The notes under the pieces were generated by a model, which saw nothing but the letters and a program-made list of their open reading frames with translations, searched no databases and was not told the origin of the DNA. Positions 17,919-27,200 of a stretch of 64,000 nucleotides of DNA are shown here, piece after piece (within the stretch, counting starts at the first letter, position 1; each line of letters begins with the position of its first letter). Position numbers and translations under genes: made by a program. Origin of the DNA: an uncultured Kiloniellales bacterium (GTDB lineage Bacteria; Actinomycetota; Acidimicrobiia; Spongiisociales; UBA5794); assembly GCA_964195155.1 (NCBI GenBank), contig CAXMOP010000015.1:10056-74055 (forward strand), in the 5' to 3' direction.

Positions 17919-18907
17919 CCGACATCGTCACCTTCGAGGATCCGAACGGGCTCGGGAAGCCGATCGAGCTCCCGGCGGCCACGATCCCCAAGGACGTCAC
18001 CGATTCCGAGCTCCGCCGTGGCCACATCCCCGAGCCCGACCCGTACTACGTCGATCTCGGCATGCTGTACCGGCTCGCCATGCTCGAACAGATCCGAGGG
18101 CGCCGCTTTGCGGGCATCCCGCTCCACCTCGCTCTTCGCGGGCACATGGGAACGGGAAAAGATCATGACCTCGAACAGTTCGCCGCAGTGCTGAAGCTCC
18201 CCTATTACCGCATACCGCTGACCGGCGAGGTGCGAGACATCACGCTGATCGGGTCGGTGAAACTCCACGGCGACGGCAAGGGTGGCACGGAGAGCCGCTG
18301 GGAGGATGGGGACATCACGCGGGCGTTGCGCGGCCCTGCCCTGGTCAATCTCTCCGAGCTGAATGCCGCAGGGGCCGAGACGTTGTTCGCCCTCCATGGC
18401 CTCCTCGACCGTCACCAGGCACTCGAGCTTCCGACCGGTGAAATGGTGCGACTTCGCAACGACGTCAGGGTGTTTGGCACCATGAACCCCACCGACCTTC
18501 GCGACTACGCAGGCACTCAAACCCTCAACAAGGCCTTTGCCGACCGCTGGATCATCTGGGAGAAGGACTTCCCCAGCGAGGATCAGCTCCAGGCGATGCT
18601 GCTGCGCCGTCACCCCGACATGCGCAAGGAACTGGTGGAGATGATTTCCAAACTCGCCGTCGAGATCAATGAGTCATTCGTCGCGGGCGACACCACGACC
18701 CGCGTCGAGACACCGATGAGCCTGCGGACCGTGCTCGACCGTCTCCCGGCCGGTCTCGAAATGTACGCCGAGGCCGAGGACCCGCTTCGCAGCGCCTGGG
18801 AGGAGATGGTGCTCCCCCACATCGATCCGTACGACCGTGACCACTACGAGACGGTGTGGGCAGCCGTCGTTCGCAAGGGTCCCGGCGGACTACCGTTTCC
18901 CGGCTGA
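17915..18907 (+). CDS. AAA+ ATPase, CobS/NorQ (AAA_5, MoxR-related) family, atypical Walker motifs
   Basis: ATG 17915 follows GAGGAG. GHMGTGKD (18140..18163), LVNLSELN (18341..18364), FGTMNP, NKAFADRW. Layout parallels CobS from memory. Confidence 0.75.
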   Translation: MTDIVTFEDPNGLGKPIELPAATIPKDVTDSELRRGHIPEPDPYYVDLGMLYRLAMLEQIRGRRFAGIPLHLALRGHMGTGKDHDLEQFAAVLKLPYYRIPLTGEVRDITLIGSVKLHGDGKGGTESRWEDGDITRALRGPALVNLSELNAAGAETLFALHGLLDRHQALELPTGEMVRLRNDVRVFGTMNPTDLRDYAGTQTLNKAFADRWIIWEKDFPSEDQLQAMLLRRHPDMRKELVEMISKLAVEINESFVAGDTTTRVETPMSLRTVLDRLPAGLEMYAEAEDPLRSAWEEMVLPHIDPYDRDHYETVWAAVVRKGPGGLPFPG

Positions 18908-19059
18908 CACTGCTGCCGATCCGTGACCCGTCACCTCGATAAAGGGGGAGCAATGATTTTGCCTCATGCTGCTGCGCCGCGGGCCGCTGCGGGCCCGGCT
19001 CAGCGGATAAGCTGCGATCCAGATGACACCAACCCGATCCCCGATCCGCTGAGGCACTA

Positions 19060-19545
19060 ATGCCAACATTCGACGTCGTCTCACAGGTGGACATGCAAGA
19101 GATCCGCAACGCGGTAGACCAGGCCATGCGCGAGATCCTGAATCGATACGACTTCAAGGGCACCGACACCAAGATCTGGTTCGATGACGACGGCATCTCG
19201 GTCGAGTCGGCCTCGGATCATCGTGTCGAGGCGGCCATCGACGTCCTCCAGACCAGGCTGGTGCGGCGGGAAGTCGCCCTCAAGTCGCTCAGCGGGGGTG
19301 AGGTCAAGCCGGCTGCGGGGGGCCGCTCCCGTGCCGAGTTCACCCTCAACCAGGGGATCCCCCAGGACGCAGCCAAGGAATTGTCCAAACACGTGCGCGA
19401 CCTCGGCCTCAAGGTGCAGGTACAGGTGCAGGGTGACCAGCTTCGAGTGCAGGCCAAGAAGCGAGACGACCTGCAGGCGGTGATCGCCGAGCTCAGATCC
19501 ATGGACTACCGCCTGCCGCTCCAATACGTCAATTTCCGGGACTAA
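19060..19545 (+). CDS. yajQ: YajQ family nucleotide/cyclic-di-GMP-binding protein (UPF0234)
   Basis: 161 aa. MPTFDVVSQVDMQEIRNAVDQA...RYDFKGT is the characteristic N-terminus. Confidence 0.85.
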   Translation: MPTFDVVSQVDMQEIRNAVDQAMREILNRYDFKGTDTKIWFDDDGISVESASDHRVEAAIDVLQTRLVRREVALKSLSGGEVKPAAGGRSRAEFTLNQGIPQDAAKELSKHVRDLGLKVQVQVQGDQLRVQAKKRDDLQAVIAELRSMDYRLPLQYVNFRD

Positions 19546-19549
19546 CCAG

Positions 19550-20623
19550 ATGCCCTACACCATGGGTGACCCCAAACTCGACGAACAGCTCAACACGCTG
19601 ATCTCTGATGTCGCGGGAACCGAACCGGATCTGGAGCAGGAACTGGTCCGGGAGCTCGTCGTCACCTCGCTGAAACTGCTCCGCGATGACACCGACCGTG
19701 GTGACCTCAAGCTGATGAACGCCGCGCTCAAAGAGATGCGCTACTCCTTCGCCATATTCCAGGGCTACCGGGACGTCAAAAAGGTCACGATGTACGGTTC
19801 GGCTCGTACCAAGCCGGACGACCCGAACTACCAGATCGCCGAACAGTTCGCCTCCCGCATGGTCGACCGACACGGATGGATGGTGGTCACCGGGGCCGGG
19901 CCCGGAATCATGGAGGCGGGGAATCTCGGCGCCGGCAGCGACGACTCCTTCGGTGTCAACATCCGCCTTCCCTTCGAAGCGGAGGCCAACCCGTATGTGC
20001 ACGAGAGCCGGTTGATCAACTACAAGTACTTCTTCACCCGGAAACTCATGTTCGTGAAGGAATCGGACGCCTTTGTGCTGTTCCCCGGAGGGTTCGGTAC
20101 CCAGGACGAGGCCTTCGAGCTCCTCACCTTGATCCAGACCGGCAAGTCCGACCTCCACCCGATCGTCATGCTCGAAGCACCCGACACGGGATACTGGGGA
20201 GCCTGGCGGCAGTTCGTCGACACGCTCGTCGCACAAGAGATGATCTCGCCCGACGACCTCCATCTCTTCGACATCACGAACGACATCGAGGTCGCCATCA
20301 ACGAGATCATCGACTTCTACGCCTGCTACCACTCGCAACGGTTCGTCGACGGCGACCTGATCCTCCGTCTGCTGCGCGAGCCAACCGACGAGCTGATCGC
20401 CTCGCTCAATGAGGAGTTCGCCGACATCATCAGCCATGGGGAGATCCACAAGATCGGCGCCACGACCGCCGAAGTCTCCTCCAACGACAACGTCGACCTG
20501 CCGAGGCTCCGCCTCAGCTTCGATCGCCGCCATTTCGGCAGACTCAGGCTGCTCGTCGATCGGCTCAACGAGGAGGCGGTCAGGCTCGGCCCGCCGATCA
20601 GTTCAAACACCAAACACCAGTAG
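19550..20623 (+). CDS. LOG family protein (TIGR00730 Rossmann fold), long form with N- and C-terminal extensions
   Basis: VVTGAGPGIMEAGN and PGGFGTQDEAFE motifs. 357 aa, which suggests a PpnN-like long form. Confidence 0.75.
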   Translation: MPYTMGDPKLDEQLNTLISDVAGTEPDLEQELVRELVVTSLKLLRDDTDRGDLKLMNAALKEMRYSFAIFQGYRDVKKVTMYGSARTKPDDPNYQIAEQFASRMVDRHGWMVVTGAGPGIMEAGNLGAGSDDSFGVNIRLPFEAEANPYVHESRLINYKYFFTRKLMFVKESDAFVLFPGGFGTQDEAFELLTLIQTGKSDLHPIVMLEAPDTGYWGAWRQFVDTLVAQEMISPDDLHLFDITNDIEVAINEIIDFYACYHSQRFVDGDLILRLLREPTDELIASLNEEFADIISHGEIHKIGATTAEVSSNDNVDLPRLRLSFDRRHFGRLRLLVDRLNEEAVRLGPPISSNTKHQ

Positions 20624-20634
20624 AATCACCCACC

Positions 20635-21417
20635 ATGAGGGAGATCCTTTCTGACTTGGTCGCGGAAGAACAGCACCTGGACCAGTTTCTCCAGAGCCTG
20701 AGCGACCGTCAATGGAAGAAAAATACGCCGGCGATCGGCTGGACCATCCAGGACCAGGTGAGCCACCTCGCCTACGTCGAGGGGGTCGCCGCCGAGGTGC
20801 TGGAGCAGGGTAAGAAGCGAATCGACGCCGAAGACATCGAGGATATCGACGAGTGGACCTCGATCGGCGTGGCGATCGGCCGACCACAGCGGCACCAGGA
20901 GGTCATCGAGTGGTGGCGACACGGCAGAGCCGACGTCGTCGATGCCTTGTCGAGGATGACCGCCGGAGACCGGGTGCCCTGGCTCTACGGGGACATGGGC
21001 GCCAAGAGCTTTGCGACGACGCGGCTCATGGAGACCTGGGCGCACGGGCTCGACATCAAGGTCGCCATCCTTGGGCGGATTCTTCCCATTCCCGAGGAGG
21101 ATTTGGAGGAGGAAGAGGAAGATCCGCTGGCCGACACCTCCCGTCTCCGTCACATCGCCTGGCTTGGACAGAAGAGCCTGCCGTTCTCATTCCGCCAGCT
21201 CGACGAGCAGTACCCCGATCAGGGCGTTCGCGTCGAGGTCATGGGGCCCAAGTACCAGGCATGGCGATTTGGGCCGGAGGACTCCGACCAGGTGATTCGC
21301 GGCATGGCCGGCGACTGGTGCCGCGTTGTGGTTCAGCGCCAGGATCCCGCAGACACGGGGCTCAAAGCGGTCGGTGAGCACGCCGAGCGGGCCCTTGAGA
21401 TCGCCAGGGCCTATTGA
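20635..21417 (+). CDS. DinB/mycothiol-maleylpyruvate-isomerase N-terminal domain protein (TIGR03084-like)
   Basis: 260 aa. N-terminal helical bundle with conserved His (DQVSHLAY), acidic insert EEDLEEEEED. Confidence 0.6.
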   Translation: MREILSDLVAEEQHLDQFLQSLSDRQWKKNTPAIGWTIQDQVSHLAYVEGVAAEVLEQGKKRIDAEDIEDIDEWTSIGVAIGRPQRHQEVIEWWRHGRADVVDALSRMTAGDRVPWLYGDMGAKSFATTRLMETWAHGLDIKVAILGRILPIPEEDLEEEEEDPLADTSRLRHIAWLGQKSLPFSFRQLDEQYPDQGVRVEVMGPKYQAWRFGPEDSDQVIRGMAGDWCRVVVQRQDPADTGLKAVGEHAERALEIARAY

Positions 21418-21424
21418 GCCGTGG

Positions 21425-21496
21425 GGTGACCCACCGAATGTCCCAGCGCTCGTCCCACCGCTTGTCCCAACGCTTGTCCCAAGGCTTGACCCACCG
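21425..21496 (+). repeat. 12-bp tandem repeat x6 (consensus CTTGTCCCAMCG)
   Basis: GGTGACCCACCG AATGTCCCAGCG CTCGTCCCACCG CTTGTCCCAACG CTTGTCCCAAGG CTTGACCCACCG, between stop 21417 and the btpA ATG 21507. Confidence 0.85.
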
Positions 21497-21506
21497 CCTC
21501 ATCGGG

Positions 21507-22247
21507 ATGGTCCACCTCGGACCGTTGCCCGGCGCCCCCAGATTTCGCGGACACCTGCAAGAGGTGATTGACGCCGCCGTTGGTGATGCCATGACGCTCG
21601 GCGATGCCGGGTTTGACGCCCTCATGGTGGAGAATCTCGGCGACGCACCGTTTTTTCCCGACGAGGTGCCACAAATCACCGTCGCCGCAATGACCAGAGC
21701 AGTCGATGCGATTGGTGCTGTCGGCTTGCCCACGGGCGTCAATGTTCTTCGCAACGATGCGCTGGCGGCGTTGTCGATCGCCGCGATCACCGCCGCTTCG
21801 TTCATCAGGGTGAACGTACTGACCGGGACGATGTTCACCGATCAGGGCCCGATCGTTGGGCGCGCCGCCGAGGTCGAGCGTTTCCGATCCTTGCACTGCC
21901 CGGACGTCGCCATCGTCGCCGACGTCTTCGTGAAGCACGCCACGCCTCCCGCCGGATTGACGCTGGAAGAAGCCACCCACGATCTGAGCACACGATCAGG
22001 TGCCGACGGGATCATCGTGTCCGGACCGGCCACCGGAGCGGCAGCCGACCTCGACGACTTGGCGCTGGTTGCCGACACCAAAAGCCTCCCCGTCTTCGTC
22101 GGGTCTGGCGTGACCGCGGCGTCCATCGGTGCAACCCTCAAGATCGCCGACGGCGTCATCGTGGGCAGCGCCACCAAACCCGACGGCAACGTAGACGCAC
22201 CGGTCGACGCTGATCTCGCTCGCGCGATCGTGGCCGCCGCCGGATGA
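21507..22247 (+). CDS. BtpA/SgcQ family protein
   Basis: MVHLGPLPGAPRF...DALMVENLGDAPF is typical BtpA. The ORF opens at TTG 21414, but that part is the 12-bp repeat. Confidence 0.75.
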   Translation: MVHLGPLPGAPRFRGHLQEVIDAAVGDAMTLGDAGFDALMVENLGDAPFFPDEVPQITVAAMTRAVDAIGAVGLPTGVNVLRNDALAALSIAAITAASFIRVNVLTGTMFTDQGPIVGRAAEVERFRSLHCPDVAIVADVFVKHATPPAGLTLEEATHDLSTRSGADGIIVSGPATGAAADLDDLALVADTKSLPVFVGSGVTAASIGATLKIADGVIVGSATKPDGNVDAPVDADLARAIVAAAG

Positions 22248-22279
22248 CCTCGGTCACGGCGCCGCCCTCTGGTGATGAC

Positions 22280-22342
22280 GGTGTTGAACAATGACGAGTG
22301 CCCTGAGCACCCGCTCACTTGAGTGTTGCGGTGACGAATCGG
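22280..22342 (+). mobile_element. MITE-like repeat, copy B (left half only)
   Basis: GGTGTTGAACAATGACGAGTGCCCTGAGCACCCGCTCACTTGAGTGTTGCGGTGACGAATCGG matches the left half of copies A and F, then diverges. Confidence 0.7.
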
Positions 22343-22382
22343 TGCGGATCACCTGGGTGTCGCCAGCGACCGCGAACCGTTG

Positions 22383-22937
22383 CTATGACGCCCGCTGGCG
22401 TCTCCGATAGGCGGCGACGTTCTCCCTGGTGGTGCAGGAGTCGGAGCAGTTGAGGCGGGAGCGATTGCGCGAAATGTCCACGAAGACGTCGTCGCATGTC
22501 GTAGATGCGCAGCGGCCGAATCGCTGAAACCCGCCTTCGATCAGCGCCGTGGTCAATCCCATGGCAGCCACCGCCCCCAGCCAGCGGGCCGCGCTGCCCC
22601 CCTCGGGTTCGTAGTGGAGATGAGGCCCTTCACCGTGGACACTCACCCTTGGGGTCGCCGAGACGTCCATGAGCACGGCGTTGAGCGACGATGCCGCCTC
22701 CTGCTCGTCGGCCGCGGTGAACACCACCCGCAGCCGGGAGCGGAGGGCACGAACCTCGTGGAGGTCGCTATCCGAGAGGCGCCGGTCACCGCCGAACCAA
22801 TCGCCGTCCCAAGCGTCGATGAAGGTCCCGATATCCTGCGGCGTCCGCAGCTGATCCTCGCCGCTCATCACGTCGATCGAGTTGATCAATGCCACGGCCA
22901 TCCGCACCGGCTCGTCGCTGTAGTGGGAGAAATCCAT
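22383..22937 (-). CDS. CGNR zinc-finger (ABATE domain) protein, putative regulator
   Basis: 184 aa. C-terminal C..C..FVDISRNRSRLNCSDSCTTRENVAAYRRR CGNR-type motif. Confidence 0.75.
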   Translation of the reverse strand: MDFSHYSDEPVRMAVALINSIDVMSGEDQLRTPQDIGTFIDAWDGDWFGGDRRLSDSDLHEVRALRSRLRVVFTAADEQEAASSLNAVLMDVSATPRVSVHGEGPHLHYEPEGGSAARWLGAVAAMGLTTALIEGGFQRFGRCASTTCDDVFVDISRNRSRLNCSDSCTTRENVAAYRRRQRAS

Positions 22938-23010
22938 GTGACTCGTTACGGGTCTCGGCGATTAGTGTAATGTATGTAATCAGTATAGCCCATTACCGAA
23001 GGCCCTGCCG

Positions 23011-24060
23011 ATGGCGACGACGACATCCGCCGAATCCACAGAACGTGAGCCAACCGGCTCAACCTCCAGGAATGGACTCGTCATTGGTGCCGCCCTCGTC
23101 GCCGTCTACTTCATCTGGGGATCGACCTACCTGGCGATCCGGTTTGGTCTCGAGGGGTTCCCCCCGTTCCTGTTGAGCGCAATCCGCTTCCTGATCGCAG
23201 GCGGCATCCTGTACACCGTTCTTCGTCTCCGCGGAACTCCTGCTCCCAGCCGGCGTCACTGGTGGAATGGCGCCAGGGTGGGGGCACTGATGCTGGCGGG
23301 AGGCGTTGGGCTCGTCACCATCGCCGAGGACTTCGGCGTGGGCTCCGGTGTGGCGGCTACCGCGGTGGCGATAATTCCCCTGTGGGCGGCCCTGGTGAGC
23401 GGGCTGTTCGGCAAGTGGCCGTTGCGCCTGGAATGGGTGGGTCTCGTCGTCGGGTTCGCCGGCGTTTTGGTGCTGGCCCGGGAAGGCGATTTCGCATCCA
23501 ACCCCCGCGGCTTGATCCTTCTGGTGATCGCCCCGATCCTGTGGTCGATTGGATCGGTGTGGGGATCACATCTTGATATGCCCCGGCCTGCCATGGCCAC
23601 CGCCACCCAGTTGCTGGCCGGCGGAGCCGTCTTGGCGCTGCTCGCCGGCCTGTTCGGTGAGCGGATCACCGAGAATCCGTCCGCCTCCGCCTGGCTCGCC
23701 CTCGGCTACCTGATCGTGTTCGGCTCGATCATCGCCTACACCGCCTACGTCTACCTGCTCCGCACCGTTCGTCCGGCGCTTGCCACCAGCTACGCCTATG
23801 TCAACCCGGTGGTGGCCGTGGCGCTCGGCGTGACCCTGGGCGCCGAGATTCTCACGGGTCCGGCCTTCATCGCTCTGCCCCTGATCCTGGCCGGCGTTGG
23901 GCTGGCCGCGGCAGCACCAGGGCGTTCCCGACGAGAGCGAGACCAACGGTCGCTCAGCAGTGCTCCTGATGAGGACGGCGGAAATATCTCCAAAGACATC
24001 GTGTCCTCTCCCAAGGAGTCATCTGACGCTGAGGCGTATTGCGCCGACGACGCCGCGTGA
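23011..24060 (+). CDS. EamA/DMT superfamily transporter
   Basis: 349 aa. About ten hydrophobic segments, two EamA-like halves (YFIWGSTYLAIR...). Start uncertain. Confidence 0.8.
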   Translation: MATTTSAESTEREPTGSTSRNGLVIGAALVAVYFIWGSTYLAIRFGLEGFPPFLLSAIRFLIAGGILYTVLRLRGTPAPSRRHWWNGARVGALMLAGGVGLVTIAEDFGVGSGVAATAVAIIPLWAALVSGLFGKWPLRLEWVGLVVGFAGVLVLAREGDFASNPRGLILLVIAPILWSIGSVWGSHLDMPRPAMATATQLLAGGAVLALLAGLFGERITENPSASAWLALGYLIVFGSIIAYTAYVYLLRTVRPALATSYAYVNPVVAVALGVTLGAEILTGPAFIALPLILAGVGLAAAAPGRSRRERDQRSLSSAPDEDGGNISKDIVSSPKESSDAEAYCADDAA

Positions 24061-24090
24061 GTTGGGAGTGACCCGGGCCCAACGGTCGCC

Positions 24091-24125
24091 GTCTTACCCA
24101 CAGAAGTGCGGGTAAGACGATTTTG
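24091..24125 (+). terminator. rho-independent terminator after the EamA gene
   Basis: GTCTTACCC-(10-nt loop)-GGGTAAGAC perfect 9-bp stem followed by GATTTTGTCATTT. Confidence 0.6.
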
Positions 24126-24211
24126 TCATTTACCAAAGCCTCAACCCATGATCGAGGCTTTCCCGAGATACCGTGTGGTTAAGCGGATCGCGGCCCTCAC
24201 CCACCGCCTGA

Positions 24212-24242
24212 CCCCTCCCCCCTAACCCCCCTCCCCCCCTAA
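24212..24242 (-). other. G-quadruplex-prone tract (G7-A-G6-TTA-G6-A-G4 on the minus strand; C-rich on the plus strand)
   Basis: Plus strand reads CCCCTCCCCCCTAACCCCCCTCCCCCCCTAA, 15-45 nt upstream of the annotated lhr start. Confidence 0.6.
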
Positions 24243-24256
24243 TACCAGCCCGCGGA

Positions 24257-27200
24257 ATGCGCGGGAACCGCGATCCCGGGATAGCCGTCACCCTCGGCCG
24301 GTACCCTGTCGTCGTGGACGCACTCGACGGCTTTTCCGACGCCACCAAGACGTGGTTCGCTTCGGCGTTCGTCGCGCCCACCGCGGCGCAGGTCGATGGC
24401 TGGCCGGCGATCGCATCGGGAAGCCACACCCTCATCCACGCCCCGACCGGCTCGGGAAAGACGCTCGCTGCGTTCCTCTGGGCACTCGACCGTCTCGGGC
24501 AGGAGCCCACGCCTCCCGAGCGCGAGCGCTGCCGCGTCCTCTATATCTCCCCGCTGAAAGCGCTGGCGCACGATATCGACCGCAACCTCCGAACTCCGCT
24601 CGCCGGTATCCGCCTCGCCGCTCAACGACTCGGCGTCGAGTCGCCGGAAATCTCGACCGGGATGCGCACCGGTGACACCCCCCAGCGCGACCGACAGGCA
24701 ATGCTCCGTCACCCGCCCGACATCCTGATCACCACGCCGGAGAGCCTGTACCTGATGCTCACCTCTCGGGCTCGCGAGATCCTCGCGTCGGTGCGTTGGG
24801 TGATCATCGATGAGATCCATTCGATCGCCGGATCCAAGCGCGGCACGCATCTGGCCATCAGCCTGGAGCGCCTGGCGGCGATCACCGATGTCGAGCCGCA
24901 GCGTATCGGCCTGTCGGCAACCCAGCGCCCCCTGGAGGACATCGCAGCGTTTCTCGGCGGCGGCATCCCCGATGGGGATCGCTGGACGCCGAGGCCGGTC
25001 AACATCGTGGACGCGCCCCGAGACAAGGCCCTCGATATCGAGATCGTGGTCCCGGTCGCCGACATGACCAAACCGGAGCTGACCGTGGCTCCCGATGGCG
25101 ACGACCCCGAAAACCCGGCGCGGCGATCGATCTGGCCCGCCGTGTATCCAAGATTGCTCGACCTGCTGGCAGAACATCGCTCGACGATCTTCTTCGTCAA
25201 CTCTCGCGGTCTGGCCGAACGGCTTGCCGCCGAATTGAACCGCCTCGCCGACGACGAAGTCGTCAGGTCCCACCATGGATCGGTGTCGCGCGAGCAGCGC
25301 ATCGAGATCGAGGACCGGCTCAAGAGCGGCGACCTGCGCGGTGTCGTTGCCACCTCGACACTCGAGCTGGGAATCGACATGGCAGCGGTCGACCTGGTGG
25401 TACTCGTCGAGTCGCCGTCCTCGGTAGCCAGCGGGCTCCAGCGCGTGGGCAGGGCCGGGCACCAGGTCGGAGCACCGTCGGTGGCGAAGGTCTTCCCCAA
25501 GCATCGTGGCGACCTGCTCGAGACGGCGGTGGTCGTCGAGCGGATGTATGCCGGGGCCATCGAGGAGACCTCGATACCGCAGAACCCCCTCGACGTCCTT
25601 GCCCAGCAGATCGTCGCCATCGCTGCGGACGCCACGGTTGCGGTCGACGATCTCTACGACCTGGTCAGGCGATCGATGCCGTACCGCGACCTGGGCCGGG
25701 GTGTCTTCGACTCGGTGCTCGACATGCTCGCCGGCCGCTATCCGTCGGACGAGTTTGCCGAGCTTCGCCCGCGCATCATTTGGGATCGTGTCGCCGGGAC
25801 CATCGAAGGCAGACGCAACGCGCGGATGCTTGCCGTCACCAATCCGGGGACCATTCCGGATCGCGGCCTTTACCGGGTCGTCCTGCCCGACGGGGGCCGC
25901 GTCGGCGAGCTCGACGAAGAGATGGTCTACGAGTCCCGACCCGGCGACACCATTGTGCTCGGCACCTCGTCGTGGCGTGTCGACGACATCACCCACGACC
26001 AGGTCGTCGTCTCCCCTGCCCCTGCCAGCTCCAATGCCCGGCTCCCCTTCTGGCACGGCGATGCCCCCGGCCGGCCGCTCGAACTGGGCCGGGCCGTCGG
26101 AGCATTCATCCGCACCATCGGGGGCATGGACCAACAAACCGCCATCAACACCCTCATCGAGCAGTACCGGCTCGATCCGTGGGCCGCCTCCAACCTCGCT
26201 GGTTTCATCGAGGAGGAGCGAGCGGCCACCGGTGTGCTGCCGACCGATCGCACGATTGTTGTCGAGCGCTTCCGAGATGAGATCGGCGACTGGCGCGTCG
26301 CCGTGCTGACGCCTTTCGGGGCAAGGGTTCATGCGCCGTGGGCGCTTGCCGCGCGCCACCGGTACCGGGAGCGTCACGGCACCGCGGTCGACATGATCTG
26401 GGCGGACGACGGCATCCTCTTCCGCTTCCCGGACGTCGACGAACCGCCCGACACCCAGGAGCTGCTCATTGAACCCGAGGAGATCGAGGAAACCCTGCTC
26501 GCCGAGGTCGCAGACTCGGCCTTGTTCGCCTCGCGGTTTCGAGAGGCCGCGGCGCGATCGCTGCTGCTGCCAAAGCGCCGGCCCGGGACGAGGACGCCGC
26601 TGTGGCAGCAGCGCAGAAGAGCGGCAAGCCTCCTCGAGGTGGCGAAGAAGCACGGGACCTTTCCCGTGGTGCTCGAGACCTACCGCGAGGTGTTGCAGGA
26701 CCATTTCGACCTTCCCGCGCTCAACGAGGTCCTCAGCGATGTGAGCCGCCGGCGCACTCGTGTGGCCCAGGTCGACCTGGCGGGGCCGAGCCCCTTCGCT
26801 TCGTCGCTCACCTTCGACTTCGTGGCCGCATTCATGTACGAGTACGACGCTCCGGTCGCCGAGCGACGGGCGATGGCCCTCACCCTCGATCGCAGCCTGC
26901 TGGCCGAACTGCTCGGCGAGCCCGCATTTCGGGATCTGCTCGACGCCGAGGTCATCGGCTCGGTCGAAGACGAGCTGCAGCACCGCTCGGACGAGCGTCG
27001 CGCGAGATCCCAGGACGGGCTGCACGATCTGCTCCGCGACCTCGGACCGCTCCCGGCCGGGGAGATCGCCGAGCGGACGACCAGCCCCGGTGACGCGGCG
27101 GCTTGGCTCGCATCGCTCGAGCAATCGGGCCGGATCATCGCAGTCACGATCTCCGGTGAACCGCGGTTCGCCGCCATCGAAGATGCCTCCCGGCTGCGCG

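Noticed and set aside
18171-18182. GAAC..GTTC half-site pairs (also 19851..19859) as extra LexA boxes
   Set aside because: The spacing is GAAC-A-GTTC, not GAAC-N4-GTTC, and both are inside coding sequence.
24135-24161. Second hairpin (AAAGCCTC-N11-GAGGCTTT) after the EamA terminator as an additional terminator or sRNA
   Set aside because: It has no U-tract on either strand, a short stem and a large loop. The canonical terminator at 24091..24125 already explains the EamA 3' end.
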